Assembly (NCBI GenBank): GCA_002839285.1
Contig: PGXT01000027.1
Coordinates: forward strand, 22,908-44,962
Source of the DNA: Spirochaetae bacterium HGW-Spirochaetae-5
GTDB lineage: Bacteria > Spirochaetota > UBA4802 > UBA5550
Direction: 5' to 3'
Length of the DNA stretch: 22,055 nt
Shown here: positions 1 to 7,778 of the stretch, piece by piece
Layout of the letters: each line of letters begins with the position of its first letter
How positions within the stretch are numbered: the first letter of the stretch is position 1
Made by a program: the position numbers and the translations under genes
Notes under the pieces: generated by a model
Seen by the model: only the letters and a program-made list of their open reading frames with translations
Database searches by the model: none
Told to the model about the DNA's origin: nothing

Positions 1-52
1 ATAAAAATCCTTAATTACATTCCAATTTTTCTAAAAATGTTTGAATACTCTA

Positions 53-81
53 TTGAAAATTTATCCTTTTTTTAGTACTAT
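53..81 (+). promoter_or_regulatory. Putative sigma-70-type promoter for the first gene: TTGAAA (53-58), 17 nt spacer, TACTAT (76-81)
   Basis: Read directly: -35 TTGAAA, 17 nt spacer, -10 TACTAT, about 50 nt upstream of the ATG at 133. A short palindrome GGAC-tgaatt-GTCC (99-112) lies in the leader. No experimental support. Confidence 0.3.
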
Positions 82-132
82 TATTACATGGATTTAACGG
101 ACTGAATTGTCCGGAAGAAAAGGAGGTATTTT

Positions 133-840
133 ATGCCGTCATCAATGGAAAAATATATAAGCGCACAGGTAACCTACTGGAAGAAACAGAAAGAGCAGCT
201 TACTGCACCGGAGAAGGTAAACCGCCTCCCCTTTATTACCATATCAAGGGAATACGGATGCGGCGGCTATGAAGTTGCAAAAAAACTTGTGGAGATTTTT
301 AATAATGAAATGAAGCAGACTCCGGAATGGGCAGGATATAACCGGGAGCTTCTTGATAAAGTTATGGATGACCTGGGCTTGTCTCAAAGCCTGGCGGAAA
401 CTCTTACCGGAACTGCAAGAAGCGGTTTAACAAATCTGCTTTCGACATCCTTCAGTTCATTCCCCACGCAGGTTTCGGTTCATAAAAAACTTGCCGAGAC
501 AATAGCACTTCTTGCGCTTAACGGAAACGTTGTCATTGTCGGAAGAGGATCGAACATAATCACCCGATCCATTAAGAATGGTTACAATGTAAGACTTGTT
601 GCGCCTTTAAACTGGAGAAGTGATGAGATTGTAAAAAAGATGAATATTTCAAAACAGGATGCGGGTAAACTCATTGCTGAAAAAACAAAACAGAGGGATA
701 CTTATCTGAAAGAATATCTCAAGTTTGATGTGGCCGATCCTCATAATTATCATCTTCTGATAAATAATGCCGAGCATTCTGCTGAACAGGCGGCACGAAT
801 TATTATCGAAAGCATGAAGATTAAAGGATTGATTCAATAG
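133..840 (+). CDS. Cytidylate kinase-like family protein (P-loop-related, Cytidylate_kin2-type)
   Basis: 235 aa ORF with a strong RBS, aaaaGGAGGtattttATG. The N-terminal motif ITISREYGCGG matches the characteristic ITIGREFGSGG motif of cytidylate-kinase-like family proteins. Intact single frame. Confidence 0.7.
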   Translation: MPSSMEKYISAQVTYWKKQKEQLTAPEKVNRLPFITISREYGCGGYEVAKKLVEIFNNEMKQTPEWAGYNRELLDKVMDDLGLSQSLAETLTGTARSGLTNLLSTSFSSFPTQVSVHKKLAETIALLALNGNVVIVGRGSNIITRSIKNGYNVRLVAPLNWRSDEIVKKMNISKQDAGKLIAEKTKQRDTYLKEYLKFDVADPHNYHLLINNAEHSAEQAARIIIESMKIKGLIQ

Positions 841-861
841 AGCGGATTAATCCAGATTTTA

Positions 862-895
862 CCACCGGCCGCCGGAATATCAATCAGGTGGCCGG
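862..895. terminator. Weak GC-rich hairpin downstream of gene 1: CCGGCC (865-870) can pair with GGCCGG (890-895), followed by TTTATT
   Basis: Seen in sequence. The 19 nt loop is long and alternative pairings exist (CCACC/GGTGG). It contains CCGCCG, as do the other GC-rich intergenic hairpins. Low confidence as an intrinsic terminator. Confidence 0.2.
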
Positions 896-1068
896 TTTAT
901 TAATACCCCGCTCTCGCCCGCTGGAAAATATTAAGAAGTCCTTTATTACAAAAGAGCATATTTAATACTTTATACAGATGAACCTTTTTTTGTGCAGCTC
1001 AATTTAAGATCTTTCAAAATCTGAACATACAGAGGGTAAATTTTAAATCTTAAGGGAGCAGTCATTTC

Positions 1069-2034
1069 ATGAAAAGAATAAAAGCATTCTTTAACCCTGA
1101 GCAGTATCACGGCTGGAATGAAACTAAAAGCTACTTTGAAGGGTGGTACTTTAAGATAGTTGACCATACAGAGAAAAAAGCATTCGCATTTATTCCGGGT
1201 ATCGCCATGGATGGAGAGGGGAACAGTCAGGGATTTATCCAGGTTTTAAACGGGAAAAAATCAACTTCCATATACCGGCGCTTTGACCCGTCTGATTTTG
1301 TTCCGGCACCTGGTAAATTTGAATTACGGATTCTGGACAATTTTTTTTCAGAGAATAAGATAAGGCTCAATCTGCCCGAGGTAAAGGGGGAACTCTACTT
1401 TTCAGAGAATGTCAAATGGCCGAAAAAATTGTACTCCCCCGGGATTATGGGGCCTTATTCATTTGCGCCATTTATGGAATGCTATCATGGCATTGTCAGC
1501 ATGGATCATCTGATAAGCGGGAAACTAAGGATTGACGGTGAGGATATAAATTTTGACAACGGCCGGGGTTATATCGAGAAAGACTGGGGACACTCCTTCC
1601 CTGATGCCTACGTATGGATGCAGTCAAACCACTTCAGCAAACCGGGAGTTTCACTTTTTATATCAGTGGCAAAGATTCCATGGCTGCGGAACTCATTTAC
1701 AGGATATATCGCAGCAATCTGGATTCATGACCGGCTGATAAAATTTACAACATACAATGGAACAAAACTCACAAAATGCCGCATCGATAAAACAAAGGTT
1801 GAAATGGTAATGGAAAACAGCAATTACCGTATGGAGATAAATGCAAAAAGAGGTCACTCGGCAACTCTGGCTTCACCAATTCAGGGATTTATGGATGGGC
1901 GTATAGATGAGAGCATGACTGCAGAGATAGAGATAAATCTTTTGGATTTAAAAAGCGGAGAATCAATATTTAAGGATACGGGACGTAATGCCGGACTTGA
2001 GGCTGCAGGGAGGATTGAGTCAATACTTGCTTAA
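1069..2034 (+). CDS. Tocopherol cyclase family protein (VTE1/Slr1737-like, bacterial homologue)
   Basis: 321 aa with RBS GGGAG 9 nt upstream. EQYHGWNETKSYFEGWYFKIV...KKAFAFIPGI aligns with Synechocystis Slr1737 HSGYHWQGQSPFFEGWYVRLL...ESFAFMYSI. GYIEKDWGHSFPDAYVWMQSNHFSKPGVSLFISVA aligns with VYAEKNWGHSFPSRWFWLQANYFPDHPGLSVTAAG. The family assignment is from recalled sequence; the substrate is unknown. Confidence 0.7.
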   Translation: MKRIKAFFNPEQYHGWNETKSYFEGWYFKIVDHTEKKAFAFIPGIAMDGEGNSQGFIQVLNGKKSTSIYRRFDPSDFVPAPGKFELRILDNFFSENKIRLNLPEVKGELYFSENVKWPKKLYSPGIMGPYSFAPFMECYHGIVSMDHLISGKLRIDGEDINFDNGRGYIEKDWGHSFPDAYVWMQSNHFSKPGVSLFISVAKIPWLRNSFTGYIAAIWIHDRLIKFTTYNGTKLTKCRIDKTKVEMVMENSNYRMEINAKRGHSATLASPIQGFMDGRIDESMTAEIEINLLDLKSGESIFKDTGRNAGLEAAGRIESILA

Positions 2035-2065
2035 TCAAAAAATCAAAAATTAACGGAGTTTCCAT

Positions 2066-2806
2066 GTGAAAATTAAACAGCTGTTTATTATTGCAAATAT
2101 TATGACATGTTTATATATAAATGCATCTGCAGAGTTCGTCACATCAATCCAGGGTGCCGCTGTCTATTCAGGAAAAAATGATATAGCACTCCCCGGGGAC
2201 ACCGGGAGCAGATTTTCATTTTGCGATGATCTCGATTCCGGCATAGTCTTCTCTCCCCGGATTGAGGCAGGCTACGAGTTTAACGACAGGCACTACATCG
2301 GCTTTATGGCTTCCACACTTCGTCTTGATGCGGACGGCACACTTGACCGGGATATTTACTTCGACAATAAACTATTTGCCAGTGGAACTGAAGTAAATGC
2401 GGAATACCGTTTTGACTCATACAGAGCAACTTACAGATACTATTTTTTAAGTAATGAAAAACTTAAATTCGGCGCTGGTATAACGGGTAAAATCCGGGAT
2501 GCGGAAATTTCACTCGAAGGCGGAGGAGAGAAAGGGGGCTTGAGCAATACAGGGGCAGTTCCACTAATCAACTACTATCTTGAGCTGTTACTATCGCCTG
2601 AGTTTTCACTAGTAACATATGGAGACGCGGCATGGTCGCCATATGGCCGGGCTGAAGATATATTCGCGGGATTCCTCTACAGGTTTAATGAAAACAGCGC
2701 ATTAATTGCCGGATACAGAATGTTGGAGGGTGGTTCTGATAATAATACTGTTTATACATTTTCAATGTTTCATTATGCTGTAATGGGTGCCGAATTCAGG
2801 TTTTAA
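2066..2806 (+). CDS. Outer-membrane beta-barrel protein with N-terminal signal peptide (function unknown)
   Basis: GTG start at 2066 (ATG at 2064 is followed immediately by TGA), with RBS ACGGAG 8 nt upstream. Signal peptide MKIKQLFIIANIMTCLYINASA. Alternating amphipathic strands rich in Y/G/F. C-terminal ...GAEFRF ends in an aromatic residue, as is typical of OM beta-barrels. Confidence 0.6.
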   Translation: MKIKQLFIIANIMTCLYINASAEFVTSIQGAAVYSGKNDIALPGDTGSRFSFCDDLDSGIVFSPRIEAGYEFNDRHYIGFMASTLRLDADGTLDRDIYFDNKLFASGTEVNAEYRFDSYRATYRYYFLSNEKLKFGAGITGKIRDAEISLEGGGEKGGLSNTGAVPLINYYLELLLSPEFSLVTYGDAAWSPYGRAEDIFAGFLYRFNENSALIAGYRMLEGGSDNNTVYTFSMFHYAVMGAEFRF

Positions 2807-2817
2807 TAAAACCTGAA
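2795..2817. terminator. AT-rich 10 bp inverted repeat TTCAGGTTTT-aat-AAAACCTGAA between the convergent OM beta-barrel and rhodanese genes; putative bidirectional terminator
   Basis: Perfect 10 bp stem read directly. The TAA stop of the + gene (2804-2806) lies in the loop. No U-tract follows on either strand, so termination efficiency is uncertain. Confidence 0.3.
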
Positions 2818-2872
2818 GCATAATAACAATTTATACGGAGATATATTGTTATGCGGGAATGATATGCAGAAA

Positions 2873-3232
2873 TCAAAACTGCATATCTTTCAAACCGCCT
2901 CCATTGGTTACATTTTTAAAACCGTATCTCTCAAGTATAATCTTTGCTTTTTCACTCCTGTTACCGGTGCGGCAGTATACTACAATATTATTATCTTTAC
3001 TTCCGAAAAGATCAATTTTCGATTCAAGTTCACCAAGTGGTATATTAACAGAATTCTCATAATGGCCCGCTGCGTACTCCTCGGGAGTACGCACATCAAC
3101 AACGAGTGCACCATTATCAATCAATTCTTTAACTGCAGCTCTGGAATCAAGACCACAGCCGCTCTTGAAAGATAAGAAAACAAAAACTGCTGCAGCCGCA
3201 GTAACGATTAGTAACAGAAATTTGAAATTCAT
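2873..3232 (-). CDS. Rhodanese-like single-domain sulfurtransferase with N-terminal signal/anchor sequence
   Basis: 119 aa. N-terminal hydrophobic segment MNFKFLLLIVTAAAAVFVFLSF. Rhodanese fold motifs VVDVRTPEEYAAGH...IVVYCRTGNRS with the catalytic Cys in the CRTGNRS loop. The overlapping + strand ORFs (2846-3175, 2859-3062) are antisense artefacts. Confidence 0.85.
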   Translation of the reverse strand: MNFKFLLLIVTAAAAVFVFLSFKSGCGLDSRAAVKELIDNGALVVDVRTPEEYAAGHYENSVNIPLGELESKIDLFGSKDNNIVVYCRTGNRSEKAKIILERYGFKNVTNGGGLKDMQF

Positions 3233-3367
3233 AATCTAAAACCTTTTCCCGGTAAAAAAATAAAATTAAATCACTTCTAACTCTGAATAAGTAGTTTACA
3301 TCCTGATAATATAATACAACATTTATAAAAAAATTGTAATTTTTTTCAATAAAAAAAGCTCTATTAT

Positions 3368-3390
3368 CCCCGCCGCCGAAGGCGGCGTGG
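3368..3390. repeat. GC-rich palindromic hairpin ccCCGCCGCCgaaGGCGGCGtgg (7 bp perfect stem, GAA/UUC triloop) in the AT-rich divergent promoter region; shares core GCCGAAGGCG with the element at 21981-22007
   Basis: Seen in sequence. The 17 bp perfect DNA palindrome CGCCGCC-GAA-GGCGGCG is flanked by runs of A/T. It is upstream of both flanking genes, so it is not positioned as a terminator for any annotated gene. Confidence 0.4.
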
Positions 3391-3534
3391 ATATATAATC
3401 TTCAATTTTTTAATAATAATTCCTGAACATATTTTTCAGCGAAAATATATCAGCCGCACCAAAGCAGCAGCTGATAAAATGCCGCATGTTTAATAGCAAT
3501 TGCAAAAAATAAAATCAGTTAAACATGAATTACC

Positions 3535-3563
3535 TTGACTGATAAATAATTGTATGTTAACAA
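3535..3563 (+). promoter_or_regulatory. Putative promoter of the NfeD-flotillin operon: TTGACT (3535-3540), 17 nt spacer, extended -10 TGtTAACAA (3555-3563)
   Basis: The -35 is 5/6 to consensus and the -10 is weak but preceded by TG. It is about 40 nt upstream of the RBS CAGGAG. The -10 region is overlapped by the palindromes AATAATTGT-N6-ACAATTATT (3545-3568) and TGTTAACA (3555-3562). Confidence 0.3.
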
Positions 3564-3600
3564 TTATTAATTAACCAGATTCAATCAGGAGATAAAAAAT

Positions 3601-4206
3601 ATGCTGTTTGACAACCTCGGCATCCTTAACTGGATTTTCCTTATAAGTGCTGTTCTTGGCGGATCATTATTCATTGCAAGGATTATACTTATGCTGTTTG
3701 GTATGGGGGATGGAGCAGATACTCCGGACGCCGGACATGATTTCCATCCGGATATGGATACCGGTGTACATCATGGCGAGAGCGGACATTCTGATAATTC
3801 AGATTCATCTTTCAAAATTTTATCACTTCAGGGGATAATGGGATTTTTTCTGATGTTCGGTGCTGTCGGATTTACAATGAATCGAATAGCCCTTTCCGGT
3901 GCTTTTTTTTCAGTTACAGCAGCTGTTACTACGGGATTTATAACTATGTGGCTTACCGCTAAACTTCTAAAAGTTCTTTTAAGTCTTCAGTCAGACGGTA
4001 CAGTAGAAATATACAACGCTATTGGTAAAGAAGGGACTGTTTACCAGAGGATTCTCCCCGGTAGTACGGGCAAGGTCCAGATAGTTGTGCAGAACAGACT
4101 GGTTGAATATGAAGCAATGAGCCGCAAAGGTGATGAGCTCCCAACCGGAACACCGGTTATGGCTACTTATTACAAAGGAAATATTCTTATCGTAGAAAAA
4201 ATATAA
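3601..4206 (+). CDS. NfeD-family membrane protein (YuaF-like): 3 TM helices plus C-terminal OB-fold beta-barrel
   Basis: 201 aa with RBS CAGGAGataaaaaatATG. Three hydrophobic helices, then the C-terminal domain GTVEIYNAIGKEGTVYQRILPGSTGKVQIVVQNRLVEYEAMSRKGDELPTGTPVMATYYKGNILIVEK typical of the NfeD OB-fold. It is immediately upstream of a flotillin gene, the canonical NfeD/SPFH pairing. Confidence 0.85.
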   Translation: MLFDNLGILNWIFLISAVLGGSLFIARIILMLFGMGDGADTPDAGHDFHPDMDTGVHHGESGHSDNSDSSFKILSLQGIMGFFLMFGAVGFTMNRIALSGAFFSVTAAVTTGFITMWLTAKLLKVLLSLQSDGTVEIYNAIGKEGTVYQRILPGSTGKVQIVVQNRLVEYEAMSRKGDELPTGTPVMATYYKGNILIVEKI

Positions 4207-4225
4207 AATTAAACGGAGGTTTTTT

Positions 4226-5773
4226 ATGCTTGGTGTCAGCATCGCACTGATAGCTGTAATTTTCATCGCAATATTTCTTTTTCTTATACTATTCTGGGCT
4301 TCCCGCTACAAGCGCTGTCCCTCGGACAAGATTCTTGTAATTTACGGACGAGTCGGTAAAGGACAGTCAGCTAAATGTATCCATGGCGGCGGAGCTTTCA
4401 TCTGGCCGCTGATTCAGGGTTACGCATACATGTCTCTTACCCCTATTACCATAGGTATACCGCTGCAGAATGCTCTTTCTCTTCAGAATATCCGTATCAA
4501 TGTTCCGAGTACATTTACTGTTGGAATAAGCACCGACTCGGCAATAATGAACAATGCCGCTGTGAGGCTTCTTGGTCTTAATATTGAAAGAATCGAAGAG
4601 ATGTCACGGGAAATTATTTTCGGTCAACTGAGGCTTACCGTAGCCTCACTTACAATTGAGCAGATTAACCAGGACAGAGAGAGCTTTCTGGAATCTATCC
4701 GTAAAAATGTTGAGCCTGAGTTGAATAAAATCGGACTCTATCTTATCAATGTAAATATTACAGATATTACTGATGAATCAACATATATCGAAAGTATCGG
4801 TAAAAAATCAGCATCAGAAGCAATTAACCGTGCTAAAGTGGATGTTGCAGAACAGGAAAAAATCGGTGCGATTGGCCAGGCACATGCCAACCGGGATAAA
4901 GATGTAAGCGTTGCCGAAACCGAAGCTGAAGCTGCCAAAGGAAGAAAGAAAGCAGAAGCCGAGCAGAGAATCTTCGTTCAGCAGCAGGAGACAAGTGCTG
5001 CCATTGGAGAGGCTGAAGCAAACAGGGAGATGTCAATCAGGATTGCAGAGACCGAAGCAGATGCGGCAAAGGGTAGAAAAAAAGCTGAAGCCGAACAGCG
5101 GATATTTGTTCAGGTCCAGGAAGCTCTGGCAGTACAGGGAGAGAACAGCTCCAAAGCATCAATCGCCGAAACCAACTCTGAACTGCAGGTAAGACAAGCC
5201 CGCGCTATGCAGATAAGTGAAATCGCAAGGAAAGAGGCTGAAGCTGAAATCCAAAAGGCTCAGTACCACGCCGAACTTGAAAGACTTACAGCCGAAGAAG
5301 TTGTAAAGCAGGAGATTTCAAAAAGGAAGATGGAAATTGATGCTGAAGCTAATGCAGAGAGAGTACGTCGTGAAGCCAAGGGTGCTGCTGATGCGGTAAT
5401 GATGAAATATGAAGCAGAAGCAAAGGGTATCCTTCAGGTTCTTGAAGCAAAAGCTAAAGGTTACGAATACCTGCTGAAAAGCTGCAATGGTGATGCAGAA
5501 GCAGCAACAAGCCTGTTAATGATAGAAAAACTTCAGGAGATTGTAAAACTTCAGGTTGAAGCTATAAAGAATATTAAAATTGATAAAGTTACCGTATGGG
5601 ATTCCGGTGAAAAGAACTCTACCGCAAATTTTCTTTCAGGTCTTATTAAAAGTCTGCCTCCCCTTCAGGAAGTTGCAAAAATGGCAGGTGTTCAGCTGCC
5701 CGGTTATTTAGGTGAACTGATTGAAGATAAAATAATTGATGCGGAGCAGGATACCAGTCACGGGAAAAAATAA
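4226..5773 (+). CDS. floT: Flotillin-family protein (SPFH/band-7 domain plus long Glu/Ala-rich coiled coil); FloT/YuaG-like
   Basis: 515 aa with RBS ACGGAGGttttttATG. N-terminal TM helix, SPFH domain, then EA-rich coiled coil with two near-identical 29-aa repeats (AETEAEAAKGRKKAEAEQRIFVQ.QE). Operon partner of NfeD, as with B. subtilis yuaF-floT. Confidence 0.9.
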   Translation: MLGVSIALIAVIFIAIFLFLILFWASRYKRCPSDKILVIYGRVGKGQSAKCIHGGGAFIWPLIQGYAYMSLTPITIGIPLQNALSLQNIRINVPSTFTVGISTDSAIMNNAAVRLLGLNIERIEEMSREIIFGQLRLTVASLTIEQINQDRESFLESIRKNVEPELNKIGLYLINVNITDITDESTYIESIGKKSASEAINRAKVDVAEQEKIGAIGQAHANRDKDVSVAETEAEAAKGRKKAEAEQRIFVQQQETSAAIGEAEANREMSIRIAETEADAAKGRKKAEAEQRIFVQVQEALAVQGENSSKASIAETNSELQVRQARAMQISEIARKEAEAEIQKAQYHAELERLTAEEVVKQEISKRKMEIDAEANAERVRREAKGAADAVMMKYEAEAKGILQVLEAKAKGYEYLLKSCNGDAEAATSLLMIEKLQEIVKLQVEAIKNIKIDKVTVWDSGEKNSTANFLSGLIKSLPPLQEVAKMAGVQLPGYLGELIEDKIIDAEQDTSHGKK

Positions 5774-5804
5774 TACCATCGGCAGATAAACAGGTTAGTT
5801 ATTA

Positions 5805-6806
5805 ATGAAAATAAAAAAAAGCGCGATACTAATTATTAAACTTATGGTTTTAATTCTGGCACTTGCCGCTCTTTACATGGGCTTTATGTCATGGCAGTAT
5901 AATTCATTCAGGAAAAATGCAGAGAGTATCGAAGCCCTATGGAAATTCGATCCCGACCTGAGCTACAACCTTGACGGAGGTGAGCCTCTCTTTCTTGTCA
6001 AACCGCAAAATAAAATTTCCATGGTATTCATGGAGGGTTTCCGGACACAGAACCCCGCAGGGATGTATATGGACTGGTTCAGAGAACTTCATTCAATACA
6101 TAAAATAAATATTGTTGTACCGGTGTATGGACTGCAGAGCTCGCCATTCCAGCTCCGTTACAGAGAATGGTATCCGCAGGAGGATCTGCGTACAGTACTC
6201 CAGGTTTATAATGCCTATACCTCCATGCTGCCGAAGGACCACCGGGTGATTACAGTATCCCAGTCTTTCGGTACTTATCCCCATGCTGGAATTCTTGCAC
6301 GCGCATCACGCAGGCCCGATTCAGCGGTATTCCTCTCGCCGCTGAACACCGCCATGGAGTATCGTGCTGCAGGTGATTTTGTATTCTGGCTGTCGAAGCA
6401 GATGAACTGGATCCAGCACATAGTAGCATTTACTAAACCGGCACCGTCTCCGAACCGTGTTTCGGTCTGGGATATTGTTAATCCGGAAAAAAATAAAAAG
6501 ATGGCAGAGCGCTTCCCGATCAATCCCGAAGACAAGGCCCATCACGGAGTGCAGGTGCAGGAGACAGCGGAGCTAATGGAAAGCAGACTCCTCCCGCAGA
6601 TTAAAAGAACCGTTGTACTTGTAGTTAACGGCGACAGCGACTTGTACTTCTCTCAAAATGGTTTTGCCCGGACCGCAGAGCTGCTGAAAAATAACGGCAA
6701 CTCTGTTAAGCATGTTGTGCTTAAAAACTCCGGCCACATGGTACTTGCAGACAATGGAGAGGATCAGCTTAAAGCGATGATTCTTAATATTCTTAAAAAC
6801 AGGTGA
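5805..6806 (+). CDS. Membrane-anchored alpha/beta-hydrolase fold protein
   Basis: 333 aa. N-terminal TM anchor. Nucleophile elbow VSQSFG (Sm-x-Ser-x-Sm), acid NGDSD, His in NSGHMVL. It starts 31 nt after the flotillin stop on the same strand. Confidence 0.7.
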   Translation: MKIKKSAILIIKLMVLILALAALYMGFMSWQYNSFRKNAESIEALWKFDPDLSYNLDGGEPLFLVKPQNKISMVFMEGFRTQNPAGMYMDWFRELHSIHKINIVVPVYGLQSSPFQLRYREWYPQEDLRTVLQVYNAYTSMLPKDHRVITVSQSFGTYPHAGILARASRRPDSAVFLSPLNTAMEYRAAGDFVFWLSKQMNWIQHIVAFTKPAPSPNRVSVWDIVNPEKNKKMAERFPINPEDKAHHGVQVQETAELMESRLLPQIKRTVVLVVNGDSDLYFSQNGFARTAELLKNNGNSVKHVVLKNSGHMVLADNGEDQLKAMILNILKNR

Positions 6807-6816
6807 TTTAAAAAAA

Positions 6817-7722
6817 TCAGTGCATGAAAAGCAGTGACACACTCCCCACGGCAATAAAGGCCCCTGCAATTTCAGCATAGGATATACGTTTTTTTAACAG
6901 TATAATCGATGGCGCAATAATGAGAACCGGTGTAAGGGATGATATAGTCGCAACAATCCCGGCCTCTGCGTGCTGTAAAGCGTACAGAAGCGCACCGACT
7001 CCGATGAAGGGACCGAAAACTGAACCCGCTGCTATAAGAGAAAACGATTGAAAATCCTTCAGTGCATCCATAACTTCCCCGGTTTTTCTGAAAAATACCA
7101 CTATCAAAACAAAACCGGCAAATGCCGCAAAAATCCTTATCTGAGTGGCGGCTATAGCTGAAATATCAGCGGCACCCACCTTGGTCAGCAAAGTCCCTCC
7201 GGCCATTGCTACAGCCGATAATATACCGAAAACTACTCCTTTAATATAATCACTACCCCCCGACTCCGGATTTACCGCGGAATTCCTGTTTCCCGAAACA
7301 ACAGTAATTCCTATGCCGAGAACAGTTCCGGTAATGCCAAGCACACCCCAATAACCGATTGTCTCACCGAATATAAAGTATGAAGCAACCGCGGTCATGG
7401 GGACAGAAGCAGCCATGAGAAGCATTGCAATTCTTGATCCCACCATGAGATAGGAATTAAAAAGAAAAAAATCTCCGATGATGAATCCCACAACTCCCGA
7501 GGCGCTCATGAAAATCCATGATTTAAGCGGAATACCCGATGGAATTATCTGATCACTGAAAAAATACGCAAGAATTGAGAGATACACCGTGCCGAACAGC
7601 ACCTTGAGAGTATTCACTGCCGTTACACCGGCCCTGCTGCTTGCAGATTCAAAAATCATTGCAGCGGCTGTCCATGAAACAGCAGTGATCAGAGCCGCAG
7701 CCTCCCCCATTTTCACTATCAC
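6817..7722 (-). CDS. DMT superfamily (EamA-like) transporter, about 10 TM helices
   Basis: Two EamA-like halves. The ORF is open up to the ATG at 7737, but that ATG would have only a 6-7 nt leader with no SD. The GTG at 7722 is preceded by a perfect AGGAG (7734-7730) at 7 nt spacing, so I favour 7722. Taking 7737 adds five residues, MRSSK. Confidence 0.8.
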   Translation of the reverse strand: MIVKMGEAAALITAVSWTAAAMIFESASSRAGVTAVNTLKVLFGTVYLSILAYFFSDQIIPSGIPLKSWIFMSASGVVGFIIGDFFLFNSYLMVGSRIAMLLMAASVPMTAVASYFIFGETIGYWGVLGITGTVLGIGITVVSGNRNSAVNPESGGSDYIKGVVFGILSAVAMAGGTLLTKVGAADISAIAATQIRIFAAFAGFVLIVVFFRKTGEVMDALKDFQSFSLIAAGSVFGPFIGVGALLYALQHAEAGIVATISSLTPVLIIAPSIILLKKRISYAEIAGAFIAVGSVSLLFMH

Positions 7723-7750
7723 TTTAGAACTCCTCATCGGTTTTACAGTA

Positions 7751-7778
7751 ATTATAAAATCTGATATGACGACAGCAA
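7751..7778 (-). promoter_or_regulatory. Putative promoter of the DMT transporter gene (minus strand): TTGCTG (7778-7773), 16 nt spacer, TATAAT (7756-7751)
   Basis: Read from the reverse complement: ttgctg-tcgtcatatcagattt-tataat, a consensus -10. The predicted TSS is near 7744. Confidence 0.45.

Noticed and set aside
3368-3390. Reading the hairpins at 3368-3390 and 21981-22007 as C(UUCG)G tetraloop hairpins on the minus strand
   Set aside because: The complement reads GCC-UUC-GGC. The base-pair register gives a UUC triloop closed by C-G, not a UUCG tetraloop, so there is no special tetraloop-based strand assignment.
3233-3600. Sigma-54 (-24 GG / -12 GC) promoters that the encoded NtrC-like regulator might act on
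   Set aside because: I checked each intergenic region of the window (841-1068, 3233-3600, 7738-8085, 8859-9161, 21884-22055) by eye on both strands for TGGCAC-N5-TTGC-like spacing and found none. The one TGGCAC (5865) is followed directly by TTGC with no spacer and lies inside a CDS.
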